Positions 1 through 7,417 are shown, counted from the stretch's first letter. The stretch is 22,159 nt of DNA from Elusimicrobiota bacterium (GCA_043819795.1 JBDREN010000011.1:1-22159); one strand, 5' to 3'. Notes: generated from the letters alone by a model not told the origin. Translations and numbers: made by a program.

Positions 1-171
1 GTCTGGTGATGAGGAAAAGCTGCGGACGGGGGACCCCGAGGGGCTGGGGTCGCTGGATGGACAGACTATCCGATACCCTTACGATGTTCCCGACCGCGCT
101 TCAGACCGGCATCCCTGCGCCGTCGTGGGCGTGCGCGTGAGGCAAATGGGACTTTTGCCACGGGCTGTTAG
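1..171 (+). mobile_element. Right end of an insertion sequence (IS1182/IS5-like DDE element), truncated by the window start
   Basis: Frame 3 reads LVMRKSCGRGTPRGW..., like the NLxLxMRxLxGxGTPRG tail of IS1182/IS5-like transposases. It is followed by ACTTTTGCCACGGGCTG (151-167) and TTAG (168-171), the 'TFATGC*'-type terminus and YTAG target I recall for these elements. The left end is not visible. Confidence 0.65.
3..140 (+). CDS. Transposase C-terminal fragment (5'-partial)
   Basis: Open frame 3 from the window edge to TGA 138-140: LVMRKSCGRGTPRGWGRWMDRLSDTLTMFPTALQTGIPAPSWACA*. Confidence 0.55.
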   Translation: MVMRKSCGRGTPRGWGRWMDRLSDTLTMFPTALQTGIPAPSWACA

Positions 172-225
172 ACCAAGCCGGCGTGGGACCTTCACGGCCG
201 GGAGTTCCGGGAAGTCCTGCGCTGG

Positions 226-579
226 ATGGACCTCCGGTTCGGCGAGCGCACGAGGATGGTGACGGACACCGACGATTTCTTCACCTGGATGCTTCGCTCC
301 GCCCCGCGGATGGCCTGCCTCCCGGTCCCTCCCGTGGAGCTGTGGCGGTTCGCCGAGTGGGGGAAGGCGGAGTACGTGGTCTTGTTCCACGGATCGGCCC
401 GCCCGGTGGGCTTGGATTATAGGAGGGCCTTCGGCAACGAGGTCCCCACCGTGTTCTCCCGGATCCCGCCATCCGCCTCCAGGCCGGAAGGCGCGGCCTC
501 GTCGGACATGACCCGCGACGAGCCGGTTCCCGCCGACGAAGGCCACGTGCTCTACACGACCGGCCCAACCCCCCGCTGA
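226..579 (+). CDS. Hypothetical protein, possibly a gene remnant next to the IS
   Basis: 117-aa ORF with GC3-rich codons. The frame stays open and coding-like back to 172, directly after the IS end. There is no clear RBS before ATG 226. Confidence 0.4.
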   Translation: MDLRFGERTRMVTDTDDFFTWMLRSAPRMACLPVPPVELWRFAEWGKAEYVVLFHGSARPVGLDYRRAFGNEVPTVFSRIPPSASRPEGAASSDMTRDEPVPADEGHVLYTTGPTPR

Positions 580-640
580 GGCTCGCGGCGGGCGAAGGCG
601 CCCCTCCTATCTTAGGGATTTGAGGAAAGTCTGAGCGTCC

Positions 641-667
641 GCAGAGGCCCCTGTGAGCGGCCTCTGC
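641..667. repeat. 9-bp perfect inverted repeat upstream of the pilin operon
   Basis: GCAGAGGCC (641-649) / GGCCTCTGC (659-667) with a 9-nt spacer; a -10-like CATACT follows at 668-673. Confidence 0.5.
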
Positions 668-693
668 CATACTGAAGGCGTAATGGGGAAGGC

Positions 694-3129
694 ATGATGA
701 GGGGCGGGAGGTCCCGAAGACAGCAGTCCGGCTTCACCTTGATCGAGGTCGTCGTCACCATGGCTGTCATGTCCGTGGTGAGCCTTTCCCTCATCGCGGC
801 GCAGACTCAGATGTCCGCCGCCGTGACGGGCGGCCGGGAGACGACGATCGCGATGAACCTGGCCGAAGAGAAGCTGGAGGCCTTGAAGGCCCTGCCCTTC
901 TATCGCGTCGCCGTGACCTCCACGGTGGCGCTGGACGACAGCTTCGATCCCATCGTGCAGTACGATCCCGCGTTCTACCCTCCCGAGCACATCCACGCCG
1001 GGTCCAGGATGTTCGAGCGCAGGACCTTCGTCGAGAAGGTGGACGCCCCCTACGGCACGATCGAGAACATGGGCTACCCCCACCCGGACACCGGCCTGAA
1101 GCGGATCACCGTGCACGTGAGTTGGGACCGGAAGGGGGTCGCCCGCAAGGTCCACGTCAGCAGTCTCAAAGCCAACCAGGACCGCGAGCCGCTGGAGAAG
1201 ACGGTGGCGGGCACGGTCACCGACGCGTCCACCGGGCTGCCGGTCGCGGGGGTGAACGTGGCGGCGCGCCGCAACCCAGGCTGGGGCGCGGTCACCGACG
1301 TCACCGGCTACTACAGCTTCCAGGCCACCGACAACTCGATGCGCCTGGTGGGCAACAAGGCCGGATACTACTCCTACGACAGCGGCACCTCCTTCGCCCT
1401 CGGCGACGGCACCACCGTCTGGGACTTCGAGATGGTCCGGATCGGCTCCCGGACGGTCAGCGGCTACGCGCAGCATCGCCCCGGCCTGGTCATCTCCCAG
1501 GTCTGCGCGAACGACAACGGAAGGGAGTACGTCGAGCTCTACAACCCCTCGACCTTCTCCATCACGATGAGCGACAAGAAGGTCAAATACGTCGACGAGC
1601 ACGGCGTCATCACCCAGATCCCGCTGACCATCCTCACGGACTCGGTGCCGCCGGGCGGCTATTTCTTCGTCCTGGGCAGCCCGACCGGCACGGACACCAC
1701 GAGCCCGACCAACGGCAAGACCGCGGACGCCATCTACGACAACCATCCCTCGGGCATCGAGCACGCCAAAGACGGCGGCGTGGCCCTGACCGACGCTTTC
1801 GACGCGGCCATCGACTCCGTGGGCTGGGGCGACCCGGCGCCGGCCGGCGGCTACACGGGCGACTATTTCTCCACCTTCCCGGGCATGGGGACCCAGAAGG
1901 CCCTCATCCGCAAGGCCGTCTCCACCTCCACGGCGGCGGACATGGATCCTCCCTCCGGGGCCCACGTCCCGATGGGCAACGCCTTCAACAGCCTGGACAA
2001 CAGCCGGGACTTCCTGCTGCGCAGCGTCACCTACCCGAGGAACACCTCCGACTCCAACACCCCTTCCGGAGGCACGATCCTGCCGGGCGCCTGGGTGTCG
2101 GCCGACGACCCGGTCTCGGGCGCGGTGCAGGCCTACGCCACGGGCTATTTCGAGCTGACCGTGGCCACCGGGACGTGGGAGCTTTTCGTGGGCTCGGGCA
2201 CGCTCCAGAGCGTGCTGCCGGTCACGGTCGATGAAGCGGCCGCCTTCGTCTATATGAACGCCGTGGCGACCGCGACCTCGGATATGGGCTACGTCACCGG
2301 GGAGATCCGGAAGTTCTCCAGCCCCACCGACCTGCTTTCGGATCTTCTGGTGCAGGCGGACCCGGGGGGCTATCAGACCACCTCCAACTCCCAGGGCGTC
2401 TATTTCCTGGCGCTTCCGGCCGACGAGTACTTCATCACCGGCAACCCGGATTTCGACAACCCGAACTGGAACACCGCCACGACCGAGGAGTCCATCACCG
2501 TCACGGCGGGCGTGGTGACCGGCGGGGTCCATTTGAGCATCTGGAAGGACGGCTGGATCTCGGGCCGGGTCACCAGCGGGGGCGACGGGGTCGCCAACGT
2601 GGTCGTCGTGTCCACGGGGGACTTCGCCAACGGCAATACGGCGATGACGGACGCGGCGGGCTATTACACCATCAAAGGCCTCCGGCTGATCGGCAACCCC
2701 TATCGGGTGAGACTTTCCCTCACCGACGGTGAGACCTCCGCGCCCGAGGGCTATTCGATCAGCGTCACCCAGGGAGGCAACCGGACCGGGACCGATTTTA
2801 CCGTCTCGGGATTCTACCGGGACATCACGGGGACCGTCACCGACGGAGGCGGGCCGATCGAGACCGGGGTGCTCGTCATGGCCTCCACCTCCGCCATCGA
2901 TACGGCCTCGCCTCCGGACATGACGTTCGCGGTGCGCAGCGGAGCGGACTATTACTTCCAGTCCTTCAGCGGCGCCCAGGGCGAATATTCGCTTTCCGTG
3001 CCGGGAGGGCAGAGCTACAACATCGTCGCCTGGTATCACAAAGACGGCGCGACCAGCGACAAGACGCGCGGCGCCGTCTACGTGAGCCCGAGCACCGGCA
3101 CGGCGGGGGTGGATTTCGCGTGGCCCTGA
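694..3129 (+). CDS. Large type IV pilin-like protein (PilV-like N-terminus) with carboxypeptidase-regulatory-like repeats and a lamin-tail domain
   Basis: Basic leader, then G|FTLIE prepilin cleavage/methylation motif and hydrophobic helix. TGLKRITVHVSW is a PilV-like strand. There are five xxGxVT...GxY repeats (TVAGTVTD, TVSGYA, YVTGEI, WISGRVT, DITGTVTD) and the LTD signature LVISQV...EYVELYNP...VPPGGYFFV...IDSVGWG. Confidence 0.88.
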   Translation: MMRGGRSRRQQSGFTLIEVVVTMAVMSVVSLSLIAAQTQMSAAVTGGRETTIAMNLAEEKLEALKALPFYRVAVTSTVALDDSFDPIVQYDPAFYPPEHIHAGSRMFERRTFVEKVDAPYGTIENMGYPHPDTGLKRITVHVSWDRKGVARKVHVSSLKANQDREPLEKTVAGTVTDASTGLPVAGVNVAARRNPGWGAVTDVTGYYSFQATDNSMRLVGNKAGYYSYDSGTSFALGDGTTVWDFEMVRIGSRTVSGYAQHRPGLVISQVCANDNGREYVELYNPSTFSITMSDKKVKYVDEHGVITQIPLTILTDSVPPGGYFFVLGSPTGTDTTSPTNGKTADAIYDNHPSGIEHAKDGGVALTDAFDAAIDSVGWGDPAPAGGYTGDYFSTFPGMGTQKALIRKAVSTSTAADMDPPSGAHVPMGNAFNSLDNSRDFLLRSVTYPRNTSDSNTPSGGTILPGAWVSADDPVSGAVQAYATGYFELTVATGTWELFVGSGTLQSVLPVTVDEAAAFVYMNAVATATSDMGYVTGEIRKFSSPTDLLSDLLVQADPGGYQTTSNSQGVYFLALPADEYFITGNPDFDNPNWNTATTEESITVTAGVVTGGVHLSIWKDGWISGRVTSGGDGVANVVVVSTGDFANGNTAMTDAAGYYTIKGLRLIGNPYRVRLSLTDGETSAPEGYSISVTQGGNRTGTDFTVSGFYRDITGTVTDGGGPIETGVLVMASTSAIDTASPPDMTFAVRSGADYYFQSFSGAQGEYSLSVPGGQSYNIVAWYHKDGATSDKTRGAVYVSPSTGTAGVDFAWP

Positions 3130-3632
3130 ACGCGAAGGGCTATACCCTGACCGAGGTCATGATCGCCGTCGCCATCCTGGGCCTGATGACGGCGGCCACC
3201 TCGCGCCTGCTGACGACCACCTTCCGCGTATGGAAACTGGACCAGACCCGGCTGGAGACCCAGCGGGACGCCCGGACCGCCCTGAACCTGGTGCAGTCGC
3301 TGCTGCGCGAGGCCTCCGCCGACGGGATCCTGCTCACGCGGCTCAGCGCCGCCGAGCCCCCCTACTCCAAGATCGAATTCAGCGACGCGGACGGCCGGGT
3401 CCACCGGTTCTATCAGCAGGAGAATTCTCTGATCATGCAGCGCTATGACGTCTTCCTAGGCACGCATACCCGCAGCCTGACCGACGACCTCCGGTACGCG
3501 GCCTTCGCCTATCCGGACACCACCAAGGACAACCTCCTTTCCGTGGCCCTCTGCCTGGAGAAGGAGGCCTACTGGGGCGAGAAGCGGGACTTCTACCTGT
3601 CGGTCCAGAGGGTCCAGGTGGGCAACCCATGA
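3120..3632 (+). CDS. Type IV minor pilin / pseudopilin (PilW/PulJ-like)
   Basis: G|YTLTEVMIAVAILGL prepilin motif; QRDARTALNLVQSLLREA helix typical of PilW/GspJ; GTG start overlaps the upstream stop. Confidence 0.88.
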   Translation: MALNAKGYTLTEVMIAVAILGLMTAATSRLLTTTFRVWKLDQTRLETQRDARTALNLVQSLLREASADGILLTRLSAAEPPYSKIEFSDADGRVHRFYQQENSLIMQRYDVFLGTHTRSLTDDLRYAAFAYPDTTKDNLLSVALCLEKEAYWGEKRDFYLSVQRVQVGNP

Positions 3633-4927
3633 CGCCGTGCCGGCCGAGGGGCGAGCGGGGAGCGGCGCTTCTTGCCGTGTTGCTGCTGTTCTCTTTGATG
3701 CTGCTCATCTCCCTCCCCCTCATGAGCTCGCTTTTGCGCCAGAACGCCCACATGGTGGTCAAGAACAAGCACCGGAAGATCGCCTATCAGCTCGCCTCGG
3801 CCGGGGTGGAGCGCGCCATCTGGAAGCTAAAAGAGACCGGGGACAACTGGCGGACTATCCTGAGCGCCGGCCCTTTGGCGGGCTACGACAACGACGTGGA
3901 GTACACGGACGTGAGCGCGGGGGCGGGGTCCTACCGCGTATCGATCTCGTCGACCGCCGACGAGGACCTCTTCGTCATCCTCTCCGCGGGCAAGGATCGC
4001 GAGAACCATGAATTCGTCGCCGTCGAGACCAGGGTGAGGCGCGCTCAGATCATGGGCGCCCTCCACGCCTACGACATCGACTCCAGCAGCGGCATCACCG
4101 GGATCCGGGTCCATTGGGGCCCCATCGTGGACCACGGCAGCATGAACCTGACCCATCATCTGCTCAATCAGCTCTACCCGCGCAAGTACGCGGCGGGTAC
4201 CATCACCATCTCGAGCGGCGTCTATCCCACGCGGGACGAATCCCCGAACACGCCGAACAACGACGGCTCCGAATACTGGGCCTACTACGACGTCCCTCCC
4301 TTGCTGGTCCCGGACTTCGACCTCTACCGCTCATCCGCGCAGGCCATGGGGGAGTACTACTCCGGGAACAAGACGTTCAATTCCCTGGTGGACGGCTCGC
4401 CCAAGGTGCGGTTCATCGAGGGGGACGTCACTTTTCAGAAGGCGAACAAGTTCGTCTGGGGCACTGTGATCGTGATGGGCGACTGTACGCTGAAGGGCAG
4501 GAACACCGCGGGCCCGGGCGACTATCCGGCCTCGCCGCCTTACGGCGCCTGGCTGGAATACCAGAAAAACGTCCCCGTCCGATACGACCAGACGGGGCTC
4601 TTGGCCTACGGGGACACCGGCGCCGCGAACGAATACCCCGGTGACGCCGGCCTGGCCAGCACGACCACATGGACCTTCGGCACGGCGATGTCGGGCGTCA
4701 ACGGCCAGCGAGTCTCCTTCCGCGGCGTGCTTTATTGCGCGGGAAACTTCATCGGTGCAGTGAACCCGGCCTACGCGCAGGTGATCCACGGGGCCCTGAT
4801 CGTCAACAGGGGCTCCCAGATCCAGGGCAACGTCGAGATCTTCTATGACGAGAGCGTCCGTCTTGTCACGTCCATGGCGGGCGTCTATACCGATGAGTGG
4901 CGTCTAGTCCAGGCGGCCCCGTTCTGA
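3629..4927 (+). CDS. PilX/GspK-like minor pilin with extended C-terminal domain
   Basis: ERG|AALLAVLLL leader lacking Glu5; IAYQLASAGVERAIWKL PilX N-terminal motif; ATGA overlap with the upstream gene. Confidence 0.82.
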   Translation: MTPCRPRGERGAALLAVLLLFSLMLLISLPLMSSLLRQNAHMVVKNKHRKIAYQLASAGVERAIWKLKETGDNWRTILSAGPLAGYDNDVEYTDVSAGAGSYRVSISSTADEDLFVILSAGKDRENHEFVAVETRVRRAQIMGALHAYDIDSSSGITGIRVHWGPIVDHGSMNLTHHLLNQLYPRKYAAGTITISSGVYPTRDESPNTPNNDGSEYWAYYDVPPLLVPDFDLYRSSAQAMGEYYSGNKTFNSLVDGSPKVRFIEGDVTFQKANKFVWGTVIVMGDCTLKGRNTAGPGDYPASPPYGAWLEYQKNVPVRYDQTGLLAYGDTGAANEYPGDAGLASTTTWTFGTAMSGVNGQRVSFRGVLYCAGNFIGAVNPAYAQVIHGALIVNRGSQIQGNVEIFYDESVRLVTSMAGVYTDEWRLVQAAPF

Positions 4928-4940
4928 GCCTCCCGGCGGG

Positions 4941-5309
4941 TCAGGGGATGTCCCGGCTCTCCTGGGCGGCGGGATTGAGTCCGTCCTGGACCGCGATCTC
5001 CGTTCTCGAGTAGTCCGACTCCACAAACCAACCCCAGCCCGCGTAAAGCCCCCACATGATGGCCAGCGTCGCGAGGATCGCCCGGGCCAAAAATCCCCTG
5101 CACCGGACGAAGAGCACCGCCAGAAGCACGGGCAGGAGCAGGTCGACGCGGAAGCCGGACGCCGGGGGCGCCTTCGCGGGGGCCTGTTCGGGCTCCTCCA
5201 GGCCGACGGCCACCATGGACCGCAGGCGCTCCTTGGGCACCTTATCGATGGAGTCGACGCGATGGAGGCGGCCCTGCTCGTCGGTGTACTCGAACACTAC
5301 CTCGGCCAT
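4941..5309 (-). CDS. Small membrane protein with DUF4124-like N-terminal motif
   Basis: Start reassigned to ATG 5309 (AAGGAG RBS, TGATG overlap with the upstream stop). VFEYTDEQGRLHRVDSIDKVP motif followed by two hydrophobic segments; 122 aa. Confidence 0.7.
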   Translation of the reverse strand: MAEVVFEYTDEQGRLHRVDSIDKVPKERLRSMVAVGLEEPEQAPAKAPPASGFRVDLLLPVLLAVLFVRCRGFLARAILATLAIMWGLYAGWGWFVESDYSRTEIAVQDGLNPAAQESRDIP

Positions 5310-6052
5310 CAGGTCTCCTTGGTCCGCGTGAGCCTCAGCAGCCACAGGGCGAAGAGCCAGACCGAGTAGGCGGCCACGAAGCGCCGGACATCCCAGACGG
5401 CGAAGGGGGCGAGATACAACAGGGCGATCAGCCAGCCCCATCCCAAGGCGGGGACGGCGCCGCCCGCTCCGGACCCCTTGCCGTCGTCGGCGGCGAGCCG
5501 CTCCTCGATGAGGGCCAGCAGGCGCTTCTCATCGTGCGCGCAGGCGGCTTCCGTATAGGCGCGGGTGTCGAGGTCGCGGGCCTTGCGGTAGTTCGCGATC
5601 GCCAGATCGTACATCCCCGCCTCCTCGCCGGCCCGGGCCTTAAGGCAGTAGGCCGACGCGTTCTTCGGGTCCGCCGCGATGGCCGCGTCGGCGTCGGCCA
5701 GCTCGCGCTCCCGGATGCGCTCGTGGCCGCGCCGCCAGTTCTTCGCCATGGTCCGACCGTGCACGTACAGCAGGCCCAGGCAGAGGGGCGCCAGCCAGCA
5801 CAGGGCCGGCATGGTGATGGAGAAGACCATCTGGGAGACCGGGACGACGCACCCGAGGATCAGGAAGGCGGAGTCCGACATCCCGTAGGGCGCGCGCATG
5901 CCGTTCAAAACCCAGACGGAGATGATCGCCGCGCATCCGGCCCCGAGGGCCGTTATGTAGGCGATCAATGCGCCGGTGAGCGGCCAATAGGTGACCAAGA
6001 CGCCCAGGCCGGCACATGTCCCGGCCAACAGCAGGAGAGACTTCTTTCCCAT
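5309..6052 (-). CDS. Multi-pass membrane protein with a central TPR segment
   Basis: About 4 N-terminal and 2 C-terminal hydrophobic segments flank the TPR-like ADAAIAADPKNASAYCLKARAGEEAGMYDLAIANYRKARDLD. Confidence 0.8.
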   Translation of the reverse strand: MGKKSLLLLAGTCAGLGVLVTYWPLTGALIAYITALGAGCAAIISVWVLNGMRAPYGMSDSAFLILGCVVPVSQMVFSITMPALCWLAPLCLGLLYVHGRTMAKNWRRGHERIRERELADADAAIAADPKNASAYCLKARAGEEAGMYDLAIANYRKARDLDTRAYTEAACAHDEKRLLALIEERLAADDGKGSGAGGAVPALGWGWLIALLYLAPFAVWDVRRFVAAYSVWLFALWLLRLTRTKET

Positions 6053-6095
6053 GTGGCGCCTTCCGGCTTATGAACGGACGATGCGCAGGGACCCT

Positions 6096-6104
6096 ATGAT
6101 AGCA
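6096..6104 (-). promoter_or_regulatory. Extended -10 promoter element for the TPR membrane gene
   Basis: Minus strand TGCTATCAT (TGn-TATCAT), 43 nt upstream of ATG 6052. Confidence 0.45.
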
Positions 6105-6165
6105 GAATAGCCTCGAAAGGGAAGGAGGGGGCTCGGCCGCATTCTTCGGGCTTCTTGCCGGGGCG

Positions 6166-7122
6166 TCAGGCCCGGGAGGAGTCGGCGCGCTTGCGGCGCC
6201 GCTTGTCCGCGTACATGCGGGTGTCTGCGCGATCGACGAGGTCTTCGGGGCTGTCGCCGCGCCTGAGCGACGCGATCCCGATGCTGAGGGACACGAGCTC
6301 GGCGTAGGGCTTCTCGCCGGACGCTTTGCGGATGCGCCGGGCGACACGCTCGGCTTGGCGGGGGCCCAGCCCCGGCAGAAGGACGACGAACTCGTCGCCG
6401 CCGTATCGGAAGGCCAGGTCCACGTCCCGGCGGATCGAATCGTTCAGGATGCCGGCGATCTCCCGCAGGATGCGGTTGCCCTCGCTGTGGCCCCAGCGGT
6501 CGTTGGCCTGCTTGAATCGGTCGAGGTCCAAGAGCAACATGGACAGCTTCTGGCGTTGGCGCTTGGTGCGCTGCACCTCGGCGGACACGCGCTCGGCGAA
6601 GTGCCGCTGGTTGTAGAGCCCGGTGAGCTCGTCGGTCACCGTCATCGTGCGCAGGCGCCTTTCGAGCTCGACGCGGCGGCTGACGTCCTTCGATATGCCG
6701 AGGGTCCCGATGATGGTCCCGCGCCGGTCCCGGATGACCGAGGCCGACATGCTGATGTGGACGCGGCGGCCGTCGCGGGCGCGGACCACCGTCTCGTAGT
6801 CGGAGATGCTGCCGTTGTCGAGCACCAGGCGCATGATGCGCTCGGCCTCGCGGCGACCTCCGGCGTAGAAGCGCGAGACGTGCATGCCCATCGCGTCGCG
6901 GTATTGCCTGCCGAACATCTTCTCCGCCCCGGGGCTGAAATAGATGATGCGCCCCTGCATGTCGGTCGTGCAGATGGCGTCCGAGGTCGAGGCCACGATG
7001 GCCTCCAGGTACTCCTTCGCCCGGATGAACTCGGTGGAAAGGTAGATGAGCGGGCTCGCGAGCCTCTCGTGCGGTCTGGCGATCTTGGATGTGTCCATGT
7101 GCGTCTTCGCTGAGTCTGTCAT
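6166..7122 (-). CDS. PAS-GGDEF dinucleotide (diguanylate) cyclase
   Basis: PAS/PAC (DAICTTDMQGRIIYFSPGAEKMFG...GISKDVS), TDELTGLYN, DLDRFKQAND, RDVD I-site five residues before an intact RYGGDEF, ADTRMYADK. Confidence 0.95.
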   Translation of the reverse strand: MTDSAKTHMDTSKIARPHERLASPLIYLSTEFIRAKEYLEAIVASTSDAICTTDMQGRIIYFSPGAEKMFGRQYRDAMGMHVSRFYAGGRREAERIMRLVLDNGSISDYETVVRARDGRRVHISMSASVIRDRRGTIIGTLGISKDVSRRVELERRLRTMTVTDELTGLYNQRHFAERVSAEVQRTKRQRQKLSMLLLDLDRFKQANDRWGHSEGNRILREIAGILNDSIRRDVDLAFRYGGDEFVVLLPGLGPRQAERVARRIRKASGEKPYAELVSLSIGIASLRRGDSPEDLVDRADTRMYADKRRRKRADSSRA

Positions 7123-7286
7123 GTGTCATGATCAGGTTAACCGGCAAAGCCTCGCGGCTCCAGGGGCGAAGGTCCCGGAGGACGTGTGGGGCTTGCAGGC
7201 CGTTTTCGTGGGTCCGCTGCCGGTGGGAGGCTGGGCCGGAGGGCCCAGGGACGCCCTGAAGCGCGACGTCCGTGATTAATTTCCTA

Positions 7287-7315
7287 TTGACAAATCTCCT
7301 AATTGGGGTTATATA
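7287..7315 (+). promoter_or_regulatory. Sigma70-type promoter
   Basis: Perfect TTGACA (7287-7292), 17-nt spacer, TATATA (7310-7315; 4/6 match), within an AT-rich island. Confidence 0.6.
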
Positions 7316-7321
7316 TGTGGC

Positions 7322-7417
7322 AGGGACATCCGCCGGGTGGCGGACTACCTAACAAGCCTCCGAGCGGCGTTGCCGCCGGATAGAGGAAAAGCCCTGAAAA
7401 GGGCTTTTCCTCGTTTT
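7322..7417 (+). ncRNA. Candidate small structured RNA or terminated 5' leader
   Basis: Lies between the promoter and a terminator. Hairpin 1 is TCCGCC-gggt-GGCGGA (7329-7344), followed by linker CTACCTAACAAGCC. Hairpin 2 is TCCG-a-GCGGC-gtt-GCCGC-CGGA (7359-7380). No plausible small ORF with an RBS. Confidence 0.6.
7383..7417 (+). terminator. Intrinsic terminator
   Basis: 13-bp perfect stem GAGGAAAAGCCCT / AGGGCTTTTCCTC with a GAAA tetraloop, followed by GTTTT. Confidence 0.8.

Noticed and set aside
74..100. Frame 2 encodes YPYDVPDRA, 8/9 identical to the HA epitope tag
   Set aside because: It lies out of frame within the putative transposase tail, has one mismatch, and no vector, linker or other synthetic sequence is nearby. 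Treated as coincidence.
607..3039. 810-aa minus-strand ORF, and similar long ORFs such as 9445-11859 (+), 14973-16403 (+) and 13200-14819 (-)
   Set aside because: These are antisense or off-frame shadows of motif-supported genes, expected in high-GC DNA. They have low-complexity R/G/A/V content and no motifs.
7144..7196. Long G-U-rich hairpin with CAGG and GGCAAA, considered as SRP RNA or a GEMM riboswitch
   Set aside because: It lacks the SRP AGCAG motif and the GEMM P3 elements; such pairing arises easily at this GC content.
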